NCBI GenBank assembly: GCA_051362555.1
Contig: CM120645.1
Location: 11,160,001-11,224,000, forward strand
Source of the DNA: Lingula anatina
Taxonomy: Eukaryota > Animalia > Brachiopoda
Direction of reading: 5' to 3'
Length of the DNA: 64,000 bases
Part shown: positions 27,193-40,882 of the stretch, one piece after another
Numbering within the stretch: the first letter of the stretch is position 1
Layout: each line of letters starts with the position of its first letter
Program-made: the position numbers and the translations under genes
The notes under the pieces: model-generated
Database searches by the model: none
Told to the model about the DNA's origin: nothing
Seen by the model: only the letters and a program-made list of their open reading frames with translations

Positions 27193-27333
27193 CAAGGTGT
27201 GGGGAAAATGCCGTATGCATTTATGAACGTTTTGGGCTGCATTTTCCACAGATGAATGAGAGGTGCGATGAAAGATATGACTATCTGTGTGTTTGCAACA
27301 ATGGTTATGAAGGGGATGGATTTAATTGCATTA
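27193..27333 (+). CDS. EGF-like exon B1 (variable insert)
   Basis: RCGENAVCIYERFGLHFPQMNERCDERYDYLCVCNNGYEGDGFNCI; phase 1-1, ttttcag/GTAAGC. Confidence 0.88.
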
Positions 27334-27509
27334 GTAAGCATTATAAATTCTTCAGATTATTTATGAGGTTTGAAATCTGGGAGCATAAATAATAAAAATA
27401 AATAAAAAAAGTTCAGACAATTTTTTCATTTATTTACTCTAAATTAACAGTTGATTTTACCGTCTTATTCAATTTAATATGCAATTGTTTTTGCTAATTT
27501 TAATTTTAG

Positions 27510-27620
27510 GCTCCTGCAATCCTAACCCTTGCCTCAATGGTGGGACTTGCACAATATTAAGTGAACATGCTTTCCGATGCACCTGTACCAATCAATATTC
27601 TGGAGAATTTTGCACTGAAG
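27510..27620 (+). CDS. EGF exon A2
   Basis: SCNPNPCLNGGTCTILSEHAFRCTCTNQYSGEFCTE; phase 1-1. Not present in the ORF track. Confidence 0.88.
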
Positions 27621-28162
27621 GTAAGATTATAAAGAATTTGATAACAGAAAATGGTTGAGAGTTTATAGGCAGAAAAAAGTAGTAATAATAGATCTAGAAT
27701 GTTACATTTTTTCATAATTTGCCTTTTTAAAATTGTGAAAATAAACATTGTGACCTTTTATAATAAAATGCTGGCACATAAAAATACAATAGGGTGAACT
27801 GGAAGTGATAATAATTTCTTCACCTTAATATGAAGTCTAATCTTTGCAACTAAACCTGCACATCAATGGACCAGATGGCCTTGTGGTCAAGGTGCCCGTC
27901 TCCAGAACGGGAGGACGTGGGTTCGACCCTGTCCTGGGACATACCAGTCCTTTACATGGTACCTGCTCTCTCCCCGCTTGGTTCTCCGCACTTAGTTAAG
28001 TAGGGGTTGCAATGGGTAATTTCCAGGTGTGACAGTGACTTATATTGTTCCTGTATTAGTTCCGAGCACCTAATAGGGCAGTCAGGCTCTTCCCCAGGGG
28101 GGGTAAGAGCATCTTCACCCGGTGTGTATATTGACCAGGTGCCCATTATATATCCTATTATA

Positions 28163-28654
28163 TGTAACCGAGTGTTTTTTGTATTTTATAGCATGGCAAC
28201 AAAGTTGATTAGTTTTCCAAAAATTACCGTTTATTCAATTCAATTATGGCTTATAAAGTCATATGTAATAAAATGACATATAAAATGGCATATATAAGGC
28301 CCCCTGAAAAAGTACAAAGAGTATATTTTAATAAGGCCTATTTCATAAAGCTACATACGTACATACTGAAACTGAACGTGAGAAAAATATCGGTTTTCAT
28401 AAGACAACTACTATTACCCCTGTACTTACACTGTAACAACAAGATAGCGCTTGTATTCTCTTATATAATGTTATCTTTTATAATGAATAACTCTGAATAT
28501 GATACATTAATTATAAGTAAATACTAACCCTGACAGACAAATAAAAAAAAAGCCGAGAGCACAAAACACACGTGTCTCTTCGTCTCTCCACACACAGTGA
28601 ATGAATACTAAGGTCAAATTTACCGCGTGACTTCCGGCGTTACCGGAAGTTACA
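28163..28654. mobile_element. Probable solo LTR
   Basis: TGTAAC...GTTACA termini flanked by TATA on both sides, with an internal AATAAA. Absent from the paralogous introns. Confidence 0.55.
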
Positions 28655-28898
28655 TATATTCATGAGTGTCTTATCACTTGTCACATATATATGTCTGCAC
28701 GTCCACCATACTGGGTAACAACATTGGGACGTGGGCAACATGGCTTTGATCTTGGGAGCACGCTTTCCACTTAGAATATGCATTGCAACGTACTTAATAT
28801 TGATAATCTTTGTTTTCATTTCAATCACACTTAAGCCATGATAACATAAATGATGATAATAGAAGGGGACATGTCTTGACCAGGTGCCAACTTTACTT

Positions 28899-30723
28899 AG
28901 AGATTTCGAGAAGGCTTTCGATTCAATATCTTGGAATTTCGTATATAAAGTTCTGCATTATTTTAACTTTGGACCGGACTTAATACGACAGATAAAAACT
29001 ATGAACAAAAGTGTTAGCCTCTGCATAATTCCAAGCTGTGGATGCAGACAAGGCGATCCAGTTTCGTTCTATATTTTTTAATTTATGCGCCGAAATTTTA
29101 GCAATTTTATTAAGAAATAGTAAGGAAATTATAGGAATTATCATAAAGCAAAAAGAATATCTAGTATCACAGTATGCAGACGACACCGTACTATTTTTTG
29201 GATGGCACTGAAAAAACTTTTAAAAATGATCTGGACTTACTAATAAGTTTTTTAAATTTTCCGAACATTGTATTGAGCAAACTTAAGTGATTTGGTTGGG
29301 TTCGAAATGTAATGAAGATAAAACATTATGCACTGACTATAATATAGAGTGGACAAAAGGAAACTTCACAGTATTGGGAATCACATTTAATGCAGAGCTT
29401 CATAATATGGAGGAAATCAATTATAGGAATAAAATAGAGGCAATTGAAAAGGATATTAGCTCTTGGAATAGAAGAAATTTGACTCCCCTGGGAAAAATAA
29501 TAGTAGTCAAATCAATATTATTACCAAAACTCACTCATCTTTTTCTTTCTCCACCTAAACCTGAAGATAAAACTGTAAAGAAATTGGAAATTTTGTTCTA
29601 TGGATTTATACCTGTATGGAGCGGCAAGAGAAATAAAATAGCAAAAAAGGTCTTAGTTGAACCGCAGGAATATGAAGAATAAACAATGATCGACTAAGAG
29701 TATTTATAAAAAGTCTAAAACTAATCTGGATAAGGAGAATAATTATGAAGAAGGAAACCGAATGGACAAAACTATTCGAAGATTCTCAAAATATCAAAAT
29801 TGAAAATATATTTAAACTAGGCGATAGTTACCTAAAGAGATTTATTCTGGAAAGAAATAATTTGTAATTTAGCATAATTTCAAAAGGATATCGCGATAAC
29901 AGATAACACTAAGGATATTTTGAGAAAACCTTTATGGAATACTCCAGAAATCAGAATAGGTAATAAAGACATTTATTATAAGGCTTGGACAGATAAAGGT
30001 ATAACTATGATAAGTGAACTGCTTGATGAAGACGGACTCTTTTTAACGTTTGATAAATTTTGTAGACAATATCAGATTAATTGTCCCTTCACGGTATTTT
30101 AGGGGGTAAAAAACGCAATAACTAGTAAATGGCCTCAAATCGTGAATGTCAGGGATAGGACTGAAAGGCCCTTCCAGCCAAAATTTATTGAAATTATTTG
30201 TAAGGATTCAAAAGGATCAAGATCAATATATGACATAATTATTAAGAGTAATAAACCTTGTGAAGAATCGATATGGGAAACAATGTTCAACTTAGGAGAT
30301 AACTTCAACTGGAATTATACAGAAATATTTTTCAGTGCACTGTAGATACAAGTAAAAGGTGGTTGCAGTATCGAATAGTGCACATGATTTTAGCTACTAA
30401 CATGAATTTATATAAAATCAAGATAAAAGATAAATCACGTTGCACATTTTGGGAAGAGGGAGAGGAAACATTAAATCATCTTTTTTTTTTAATGTAAGGA
30501 GGTTCGGCCAATATGGCAAAAAAATGCAAAATCGGATAAAAGTCCAATATATATTAGTTAGATATCTTTTTTTGTCTCTAAGTATACTTTATATTATTTT
30601 CTTTATTATTTTATATCTGTTTCTCTCAATATGATCCTTTTGCCACTACAGGTATCGATAATTAATTATTTTATTAGTTGATTTACAATTGTATAGTTAT
30701 TCATTCTATTTTCTGCAATAAAA
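28899..30723 (+). mobile_element. 5'-truncated L1/Tx1-type LINE (decayed reverse transcriptase)
   Basis: Motifs DFEKAFDSISW, GCRQGDP and SQYADDT, plus a C-terminal Zn-knuckle remnant. Ends in AATAAAAA. 17-bp TSD AGGTGCCAACTTTACTT at 28882-28898 and 30724-30740. Confidence 0.92.
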
Positions 30724-30763
30724 AGGTGCCAACTTTACTTTAATTTTTAAAATCTGTTTTCAG

Positions 30764-30904
30764 GGTTTTGTGGGGAAAATGGCGCATGCGTTTATGAACT
30801 GTTTGGGATGCATGTTCCACTGATGAATGAGAGGTGCGATGAAAAAGACGGCTACCGATGTGTTTGCAACAATGGTTATCAAGGGGATGGATTTAATTGC
30901 ATTG
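30764..30904 (+). CDS. EGF-like exon B2
   Basis: FCGENGACVYELFGMHVPLMNERCDEKDGYRCVCNNGYQGDGFNCI; phase 1-1. Not present in the ORF track. Confidence 0.88.
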
Positions 30905-31455
30905 GTAAGCATTATAAATTCTTCAGATTATTTATGAGGTTTGAAATCTGGGAGTATAAATAATAAAGATAAATAATAAAAGCTCAGGCAATTTGTCCAT
31001 TTATTTACTCTAAATTAACAGTTAATTTTACCATCTTATTCCATTTAAAATGGGCAATTTTTATCTGTTACAAAAGAGTAAGTGATTTCATTCAGAGCAA
31101 TTAATTGTCTTGCTTGCTGTCAAGGGAACTTTGCTTGGGTCAGTGCCTGAGCAGTTATGCTTACAATTACCAACCGTGTAATCAACCTAGAGATTTCATT
31201 ACAGGGTGAAAGATAGTATAATGATCGTCTATTTATCTAGATACTTGTTTGTGAATATCTTGTGAAAAGTCAAGCTGTGGCCCTGGTAGAGGGTAGGCAG
31301 ACAACCTGGGTTGGGACTTACCTGTGTGTACTGCCAGGGCCTATACGCTGGTGGTGCAAATAATTCAAAGACTTCAATTCCATATACATAAGCTACAAAT
31401 GTAAACTGAAAGAGCATGCGTAACATGCAATTGTTTTTGCTAATTCTTTTTTTAG

Positions 31456-31566
31456 GCTCCTGCAATCCTAACCCTTGCCTCAATGGTGGGACTTGCACAA
31501 TATCAACCGAACACGCTTCCGTATGCACCTGTACCAATCATTATTCTGGACAATATTGCACTGCAG
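31456..31566 (+). CDS. EGF exon A3
   Basis: SCNPNPCLNGGTCTISTEHASVCTCTNHYSGQYCTA; phase 1-1. Confidence 0.88.
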
Positions 31567-32047
31567 GTAAAATTATAAAGACTTACATAACAGAAAATGG
31601 TTCATAGTTAATATGCTGCAGAAAAATGGTAATAACAGAATGTTTAATCTTTTCCTAATTTGCTTTTTTTAAATGTGAAAATAAACATTGTGACCTTTTA
31701 TAATAAAATGCTGGCACATAAAAATACATGTACAATAGAGTGAACTGGAAGTGATAATAATTTCTTCACCTTAATATGAAGCCAAATCTTTGCAACTAAA
31801 CCTGCACATCAATGGACCAGATGGCCTTGTGGTCAAGGTGCCCGTCTCCAGAACAGGAGGTCGTGGGTTCAACCCTGTCCTGGGACATACCAGTCCTTTA
31901 TAAATGGTACCTGCTGTCTCCCCGCTTGGCACTCGGCACTTTGCTAAGTAGGGGTTGAGACGGATAATTTCCAGATGTGACAGTGAGAGACATTGTTCCT
32001 GTATTAGTTCTGAGCACCTAATAGGGCAGTCAGGCTCTTTTCCCCAG

Positions 32048-35000
32048 GGCCCGGTTGCACCAACAGGGCGTAAAGGATGAGTGCGAATAAGGGGGTAAAA
32101 GTGCCCACTTTTGTACGTGAAAAATACATTGTAAATGAATGGAAAAAAATTGTTGCCAAATTAAAGTTGGGGTCTTACACTTTTATGATCCACTTAAAAA
32201 ACTTTTTTTATTGAATTTGAAATATAAAAAATTAATTTCAAAATGACCTTGTCAAATATTCATGAAAATGTGTGTTTTAGGGGGGGGGGGGGTCTGAGTT
32301 GCAATGCTACATATCTTTAGTTATAGTCGGGTGACAACTGTGAAATTTTGTAATTGGGTACAGAAGGTGCCCATGTAAAAAAGTAAGGCAATATGTGGCC
32401 AATCATTGTTTGTGATCAATATTTTCATTGCTTTATTTGTACATGTAGTGCTGATTGAAAGAAGAATCTTACAGTGACTTGAGGATAAAAGATGTTCATT
32501 TTCTATATGAGCCCCTGCCTCAGACAAGCTAATTATTCACGGTTGAAAAGACATGAATATAAGGAGAAATATATGTGAAAATCAGCTTGTCTGAGGGTTG
32601 GGCTCGATATGTACTCAAACTAAATAGGGACATTTTCAGTCCATATGCTAGCAGGCGGCCATGTTTATTCCTGCCATGAGGTAGCTTCTACATGCTTACA
32701 TAGGATGGCTAGGCAGATACAATGAAACTTGTGTACAAAAAGAACAACTCAAAATAAAATGTAGGTCTTTGAAAGGAAAATAGGGGTTAGAGTCAATAAA
32801 TTTTTTTCAATTACAACCAAAAAAAGAAGTAATTATCATGTAATGCATGCTATCAAAAAAATAAATAAATAAATAAAAGGGGAAATATGTATGGAAATAA
32901 GAGTCCAAATACAGAAAGTACATCTTACTTTCATTCTTATTTCTTAGGATTAAGAAAGATTAAATGTAAAATGTGCTTTAGATATTCGAAGTTATATTAA
33001 TTATCATAATAGCAGATGTACATTATGGTGGCTCCTACTTTATATAGAGACCAATGCTGTAATAGATCTCTACACATAAGGGTGGCCTGACCCAACCCCC
33101 TCTAATGGGCATGAAAGTACATTTTGTACAACCAAAATTGTTGTGTAAATGTCCCCTTTTATGTCTATTTTGCATAAAAAGTAAAAGAAAAGGCTCCATC
33201 ACACACACCCTAGTTTTGTTACTTATTACCCTGTACCTAATCTTCCACACCAGCACTATTCATAGTAGCTTTGCAGAGTTTTTTCTTCTTTTTTTCACCA
33301 AAATGCTATGAATGACTTCATTTGTCAAGGAAATCAGTGAAAACCTATTGACTTGGTAAATAGTCCATACAAGAGACCACCAGCCTATAATTAATACCAG
33401 AAGTTTACCAGATAAAGCAAGCTAGCCAATATACTGATGAGCATCTGCTAGATGGCCAGTTTGAAATCAGTGGTAAATGTGAGGTATCCAAACAGCCTTC
33501 TCCAAAACATAATTTTCGATTGTATCCCTGCCTCATGGCAAACCCCATATACCACAGGACTGAAGTGATATGTGCACAACTTCCAACTGTCTTGGAACCA
33601 GCTTTACACTGTCAGTACCAGCCACTGATGGGTCTAGTTTTTCTATGGGTGGTCTGAATCCATAATGTGTACTGGTGGCTAGATGTGTGAGGCAGGGATA
33701 CAATCGAAAATTATGTTGAGGAGAAGGCTGTTTGGATACCTCACATTTACCAAAATCAAGTGGTGACAGTATAAGTAATATACCACCCCTCCCTCTCTTC
33801 TCTAGGATTAAAAAAAAACAATAATTACTTTCCCATTTACTTGTGCCACACCACAATTATTTAACATATAACTCTTTTTACACCACAAAACAAGTTTCAT
33901 TAGAAAATCGTTTATGTAATATAAATGCTGAAACAAGTTGCTCTGACTGCATACAACAGGTAAATCCGGCTACCCCCCCAATATAACTCATTAAAAATAC
34001 TAAGTTACGATACCTCAAACCAAATAATATTTTTTCCATGCAACAAATATATGCATAAACTTTTTAACAGCAAATTATTTTTAAATTTTGACGATGGGCA
34101 CTTTGCCAATGGTTATTCGCACTCATCCTTTACTCGACTACGGCTGTCGTAAACCGCAACGCCTGGCGTCCGTGCGCCAGGTTTACTCTCCCTGCTTACG
34201 CCCGTTGCACCAAGACAAAAACTGATCGTCGCAACTACGCCCGAGTAACGCTCCGTTGCGTCACTAGCCAACAATACCTGGATGGTATAATTGGGCAAAT
34301 GAGGAGTTCTCAGCTGCAGTCATAATGGAATGATGACATAAATAAACACAAAAGGAGCATTTCAGTGACGGAGAAATTCATAAGCTAAATTATTCCATTT
34401 TGATTTAGAAATAAGAACGTTAAAATACGTTAACTTTGCTGTTGCCTTGGATATATAGCAATGAAATCGTAAATATATTCCGAATCAAAATATTATTATA
34501 GTGTGCTATGTATGCTATTATAGTATGCTGTTGTAAATGAGAAAAACGCGTTGGAGGCAGTGCGTATTTCTATTAATGGATTTGAACACCTTCACATTTG
34601 AAATCGAAACTATCGAGTCTGAAAATAATGCAAAAAAGCCAGCATTGCTTTCTTTTTATAATTTTACAACAGTGCCGACAATTTCATGACCTTTTTTATC
34701 TATGGTTACACCGTGAGGTACATATATCATCTAATTCAATCGATCTTACATCTTGGAGATTGAGAAATACAAGAGACCTAGCTAATACATATTATATGAG
34801 CATTAAAATGCTGATATTTTAAGCTTTCGTATCTATGTTTATATACAGTAAAATCTGAATGATATAAAATGTGAATAAAAATGACTATGGTTAGTTATGG
34901 TTTGTCAAAAATTGTGAAAAGAATTAAAGAAATTGTACTGCTGAGAGCCAAGGCGTGTCGACATGAGTGGTAAAATTTGATTTGAACACATGCTATTCAT

Positions 35001-35373
35001 GTACATGGCTACACACATAATGTATTTAATAATCACTTATATATATAATTAGTTTTTTAAAAACCAAGCTATGCAGACGGAAGTTTTGTGTAAAAAACAA
35101 ACAGATAACAACCCACATAATCTACGTTAACTACGATAATTGTCATCAAACTCTCTCTGTGCCAGCCTTGCCATAGTGCAAAACGAGCTACGACCGACTT
35201 ACTCCACCTAGCTGGCAGGCGTAAATTTACGACTAAGTTAAGACCGACGTAAACACTATTCCAGTTTGGTGCAACTGGCTTTTCTCGGGTGTAGCATTTT
35301 GCGCCCGCTTTACGCCGGCGCAACTCCTACAGGGGGGTACGCCTCACTTACGACCGGTTGGTGCAATCGGGCC
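32048..35373. mobile_element. PIF/Harbinger-like non-autonomous element splitting the SINE
   Basis: TIR GGCCCG(G/A)TTGCACCAAC and 3-bp TSD CAG. The SINE sequence resumes exactly after the element. Confidence 0.85.
32073..34130. mobile_element. Nested non-autonomous DNA transposon
   Basis: TIR AAGGATGAGTGCGAATAA / TTATTCGCACTCATCCTT with TA flanks. Confidence 0.8.
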
Positions 35374-35682
35374 CAGGGAGGCCAGAGCATCTCCACCCAG
35401 TGTGTATATTGACCAAGTGCCCATTATATATCCTATTATGTATGTCTGCACATCCATGATACTGGGTAATATCATTGGGACATGGGCAACATGGCCTTGA
35501 TTTTGGGAGCACGCTTTCCGCTTAGAATATGCATTGTGCTGTCCTTTATATTGATCATCTTTATTTTCATTTCAATCCCACTTAAGCAATAATTACATAA
35601 ATAAGGCAATAATTAAATAAATAATGTTTTGCGACATGTTTTGACTTGGTGCCAACTTTACATTTTTAAATTTTGTTTTCAG

Positions 35683-35817
35683 GGAGGTGTGGGGAAAATG
35701 GCGTATGCATGTATGGGCACCTGTATGTTCCACAGAGGAATATGAGGTGCGATGAAAGAGACGGCTACTTCTGTGTTTGCAAAAGTGGTTATGAAGGGGA
35801 TGGATTTAACTGCACCA
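35683..35817 (+). CDS. EGF-like exon B3
   Basis: RCGENGVCMYGHLYVPQRNMRCDERDGYFCVCKSGYEGDGFNCT; has a 6-bp in-frame deletion relative to B1. Confidence 0.88.
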
Positions 35818-36137
35818 GTAAGCATTATAAATTCTTCATATTATTTTTAGGATTTGAAATATGGGATTATAAATAATAGAAGCTCAATTTTGTTTCATTT
35901 ATTTACTCTAAATAAACAGTTAATCAGTACCACCAGTGTGTGGTTTTAGTCGTGACCCGTCTCGTACGGCTCCGTCGGTGGGCTGTGGCTCCACCGGCTC
36001 CGCCTTCTGGCACCAGATACAAGTCACCGTTACCGCTTCTCCTCCTAGACCGCAAGGACCAGTGTCTCTATCTCTTGGATTTAGGTCACATATAATCTCA
36101 ACTTGAACCCTCTGGTTTTTTGTCTCAGTTGGTGCAT

Positions 36138-36537
36138 CCCAGCGGGCAAATTATGTTGTTTTAACATTGAGACAACGCTGAACCATAACGTTGATAATAC
36201 GTTGAATAAACATTGGATTTGAAAGTTGACTCAACGTCAGGTAACAACATTGTATCAACCCCAGTTGTTAGACAACATTCTTGCATGAAAGACATTAAAA
36301 TGACCTGAATTGTTTTTATTTTGGATACAAAACTCAGGTACACAATTATAACGCACCACTGTCAAAACATCCAAGTGCCTGCTATGTCTGATTTTTTCAA
36401 CGCATTTAGCTCCTAAGCATGTTTTGCACCTAAGCATGGTACACCCTTTTAGCCTGGACGTGTTTAGCAGTAGGACATGTTCGACGGCTAAATACTTGTA
36501 GGGTATACATGTATGGCCTTTAAGTTATAATTTCCAA

Positions 36538-36596
<59 letters not shown>

Positions 36597-37065
36597 CATA
36601 GTAACAGTCACCTCAACCTGTTTATTTATAACAGAGTACCGAGAACTGTCAACTTTATTAACTTCACTCCATCACATTTACAGCAATTTATTCATCCTAG
36701 CGTTAGCTGACCTTGCAAGGAAGTTTATTGGAATGTATTTCTGAATAACAAGTTAAGAAAATTCACTAGTTCACCAAAGACACAAAACAACTGTCACTTT
36801 TACTTTAAAACACTTTTTTTATTATTTTGATAAAGTTAGTTACAGTATTGATAAACAAAGTATCACGTTTTCAATAAATATTTTAAATTACAATCCATGT
36901 CTGCTAGGTTGTGTCAATGACCAAAATACAAAGTTGAGTCAATGTCACATTATGACGGTGTTTTGACGTTCCTGTATCATTTTACGTTGAATTCACGTAA
37001 ATCAATGGCAATTCAACGTATCAACCTGTTTTCAACATTGATCCAACACGACTATGCCTGCTGGG
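36138..37065. mobile_element. Non-autonomous TIR element (EnSpm/CMC-like)
   Basis: CCCAGCGGGCA...TGCCTGCTGGG termini, a 2-bp TSD AT and subterminal (A)ACGTTGA repeats. Contains a (TA)n tract at 36542-36594. Confidence 0.6.
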
Positions 37066-39621
37066 ATTGGCCTGGGCGTGACGCTGGTTGAAACGCACCC
37101 TTGTCAAAATTTTTGAAAATTCAATGCCAAATATCTCCTAAACCAAAGGAATTATGGGACAAATTACTATAGAAGTCTGACTGAAAGTCATATGTGAAGA
37201 TTCCAAATATGTCCTTGGATTTTACCTTTGACCTTTATTTAAAGGTGAAACGGGCCAAAATTTTCTAAAAATAGGAATTTTTTGAAAAAAAAATTGTTTG
37301 TGCCAGTTTTCAGAAACTACACTGACCTAAGCTCTCACATTACAGTGGGAGCTTACAATAAGGGACTTTTTTCATTTTTGAAAGTTTGGGGTAAATCGGT
37401 GCATTTTCACTGGACAAGCAGCCATTAGATACCAAAACTGAAAACTCTCCCTAATTCGTGAACCGTAAATGCTGTAGACCTCAGGATTTTTGCAAACTGT
37501 AGAACTTGTCCAGTGCAATACTGAAGGTACTGTTCGTTTTTTAGTTTTTGATATGGTTTAGGAGTTGCGCTATATCAAAAAGTATAATGTCGCAATATTC
37601 AGTGATGAAAATAAAATGTGAAATACTTTTGAAATACTTTTGTGAAATAAATTAGCAGAGATAAGCCCATAGTTACTTATGAACTCAAATAGGAAGTCAT
37701 ATCCGGGCAATCTTACTGTGACTTGAAATTGACCATTGACCTACTTTTAACCATGAACTGAACTTTGCAAATTTTCTATCCCTTACATCTCCAAAACTGG
37801 CAGAGATGTGCCAATAGTTCCTACTGAATTTGAATAAGAAGTCATATACTAGCAATCTGTGACCTTGAAATTGACATTTGACCTACGGTTCACCAACGTT
37901 CCGCCTACGTTTCGCCTACGTTCAACCAACTTAATTAATTTTGCATATTTTTCCTCTCTTATATCTTTAAAACTGGCAGAGATATGCCTGGTGTTGCCCC
38001 TGGGTTTCAATGTCTACAAGTTGGCAGGGCAATTTAAGCTTCCAACAAAAGGGGATTCTCCCCTGGAAAATTGCTTATAACCAGGGGCAATTCGGTGTAT
38101 TTAAGGTTATTTGGAACAGATTTTTCAACATTTTATGTGGGACATATATGTCTTGTTGAAGATGAAAAGTGTGATGTAAATATAGCTCAGATGACCTTTT
38201 ATGAGTGAATAGATAATGCAGCCAATAATTAACATTGCATGCTTGACTTGTTAAATAGCCCTCAAAATGCACTCCCAGGCAGTCTACCACGTACACTGAA
38301 GTGTTAAAAACTAGGTGAACTCAGAAATGCTTGGGAGAAACAGTGATTGGCGCCACAATGTGTGGAGAGTGAAAAGTCCTCACTCTTGGTCTCTGTCTCT
38401 CAATATATATGTTTAGTACACTGCTTTTTTTAATTTACAGACACAGATGTGTCTGTACATATAGCTGTCACCTGCCTCTGTCGTCACCGTAGCCATCTGC
38501 CGTCACCACGCACTTCAGTGATAACACAATAAGTGGAAAATGGTTCTTTTTTCTTCAATCTTATGGAACTAATTTTTCTTAATAAAATACAGTTTGAAAA
38601 TGAGCATGATCGAGCCATGTTTTCAAAAGTCATACTGTTTTTTTCTTTTCTAGCATATATGTGTAACAGACCGATAGCTTGGGCTGATGTTACTTTATTA
38701 TTATTATTCAAATATCTGCAAATATCTGCAAAAGCAATATAAACAAATTAATTTCAAACAATTACATTAACAAAATTTACACAGACGAAAGACACGGAAG
38801 ACAGAACAAAGAAATAAAAATATAACAATGCCAAAATCACCATAAAAATAAATACATCAATTTAGAAATGTATGAATTTCAACTATGGATTGGGACCTTT
38901 ATTAAATATAGTTAAACTTACCTGCAAGATCACTGGAATAACTATTTCAGTTATTCAACCTGCATCTCCGTCCGACTTTCAGGAGGATATCAAATTTTAT
39001 GGGGCACGGTCTTTCAACCCGTGACCTCCACGTACACATACGAAAATACACGACACAGAACACAATCACCACAAACACAACAAACACAACAAACCTTACA
39101 TATGCAACACTGATAACACATTTCAAGGAAAACCAATGGGCCCATTGTCTTGAAAATCAAAGGGGTAATTAATGTTATGAAAATACAGGCTGAGTTCAAA
39201 TATCTGCTTGATCAAACCATTTTTACAAAGATTATCCAGTTTTTCGCTTCTTTTGGCCTATTTTGAGAACTAGTTTATTGCACTTTGTAGAGTTTGTCAA
39301 GCACAGCACTGTTGTTGTTGTTGGGGGGGGGGGGGGGGGGGGGAGGGTAGCGCTTACCCCTGCTGGTAGTACAATATCCGGAGGCGGTATAGCCTCTCTG
39401 ACCATCTAGTTTAACCATCTTATTTAGTTTAGAAGGGGCTATTTTTATCTGTCATAAAAGAGTAAGTGATTAAATTCAGAGCAATTAACTGTCTTGCTTG
39501 CTGTCAAGGGCACTTTGGTTTGATCAGTGCCTGAGCAGTTATGCAAATAATTACCAACCATGTAATCAATCTAGAGATTTCATTACAGTATCAGAGAGTA
39601 AAATGACCATCTATTTATCTA

Positions 39622-40840
39622 CACTGATGCTCATTGGTTAAGCAACACCACGATTTTTTTCAAAAGTTTCTTCTATCATGATCTTTATTTCATTTGTTAG
39701 TGGGATTATGCATATTTCTCTCATATTTTATAAATAACTTATTCAAGTTGAATATTTCTGTTAAAGAAATACACCACATAGCTTATTGTAATAACAAAAA
39801 TAACTTTATTAACCAAACGGTACCAAAATATGCCAAACCATGTGTCTAAAAAGTATGGTCACACAACAAAAAGTACGTGCTGATTAAAACAGCTTATAAT
39901 GGAAAAATAAAGTTCAATCATCTAACTATCTTTGAATTAGTTTTAATAAAAGAACACTGTTGATAATAGATGGTCAATCGTCCATTATGCAACGAATATT
40001 GGGTGTGGCTTCCCTGGTTTTGAACAACGGCTTCACATTGTCTCCTGCAATTTGCCACCAATTTCTGTCAATCTTGCTTGGGAGCCGGTTCCATTCCTTT
40101 GAGGCAAGGGTTGCCTGCTGGTGCTCTCTTATGTTTCCGACTGGGGGTTGTCTCTCATTTACTGCTCTGCATCCATACCGTAAGCATATTGGTGAATATG
40201 CAGGCCAATCCAAATTTGTGCTGCTGTAGTTCTTCCACAGACCGTGCTTTATGCATGGGCGGATTGTCCTGCACCAAAATGATTTTCCTTTCTGGATTTG
40301 CTTGAATACATGATTGTATGCACCCCAATGGTATTTTGTCTCCGTATCGTTGACCAGTGAACCTTCCTTGAATGACGTGCAGTACGTGGCAATTTTTCAT
40401 CATATGAGAAACCGCACCATCCTATGACGGATACTGTGTCACCCTGAACACGTGGGAGAACGCAATCATCCCGAAACGCTTGGTTTGGACCTCTTTCAGA
40501 CTCCTAGCCGGCCATCTGCATGCATCAAAGTGAATCTGCTCTCGTCAGTCCACACGACCCTTCGCCAAGTCCTGAGATTCCATCTTTCTCGGTATCTTGC
40601 TCATGCCAATCTTCTCTGCCTGTTTCTGTTGGTTGACAGTGGCTTTTCACGGGGTCTTTTAGATGAAAGTTCAGTTTGTAAAAGATGCATGTTGACTGTT
40701 TGCCTACTGATTCCAGCTTTTCATAATTTAGGCCAGATATTTCTCAATCGTTTGGCTGACATAAGCCTGTCCTAGCTGGTGGCATAGTCGAACAAAACAT
40801 CTTCTATCTCTTGCGTCGGTTAATATTGGTCTACCACCGG
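39622..40840 (-). mobile_element. Tc1/mariner transposon remnant
   Basis: Frameshifted DDE motifs WRRVVWTDESRF, ILVQDNPPMHKAR and DWPAYSP. One end (TA|CACTGATGC) is present; the other is lost. Confidence 0.88.
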
Positions 40841-40882
40841 CACTTAGAGAGCATTTACATCGAGAAGAGCCGACGTCTAGCA

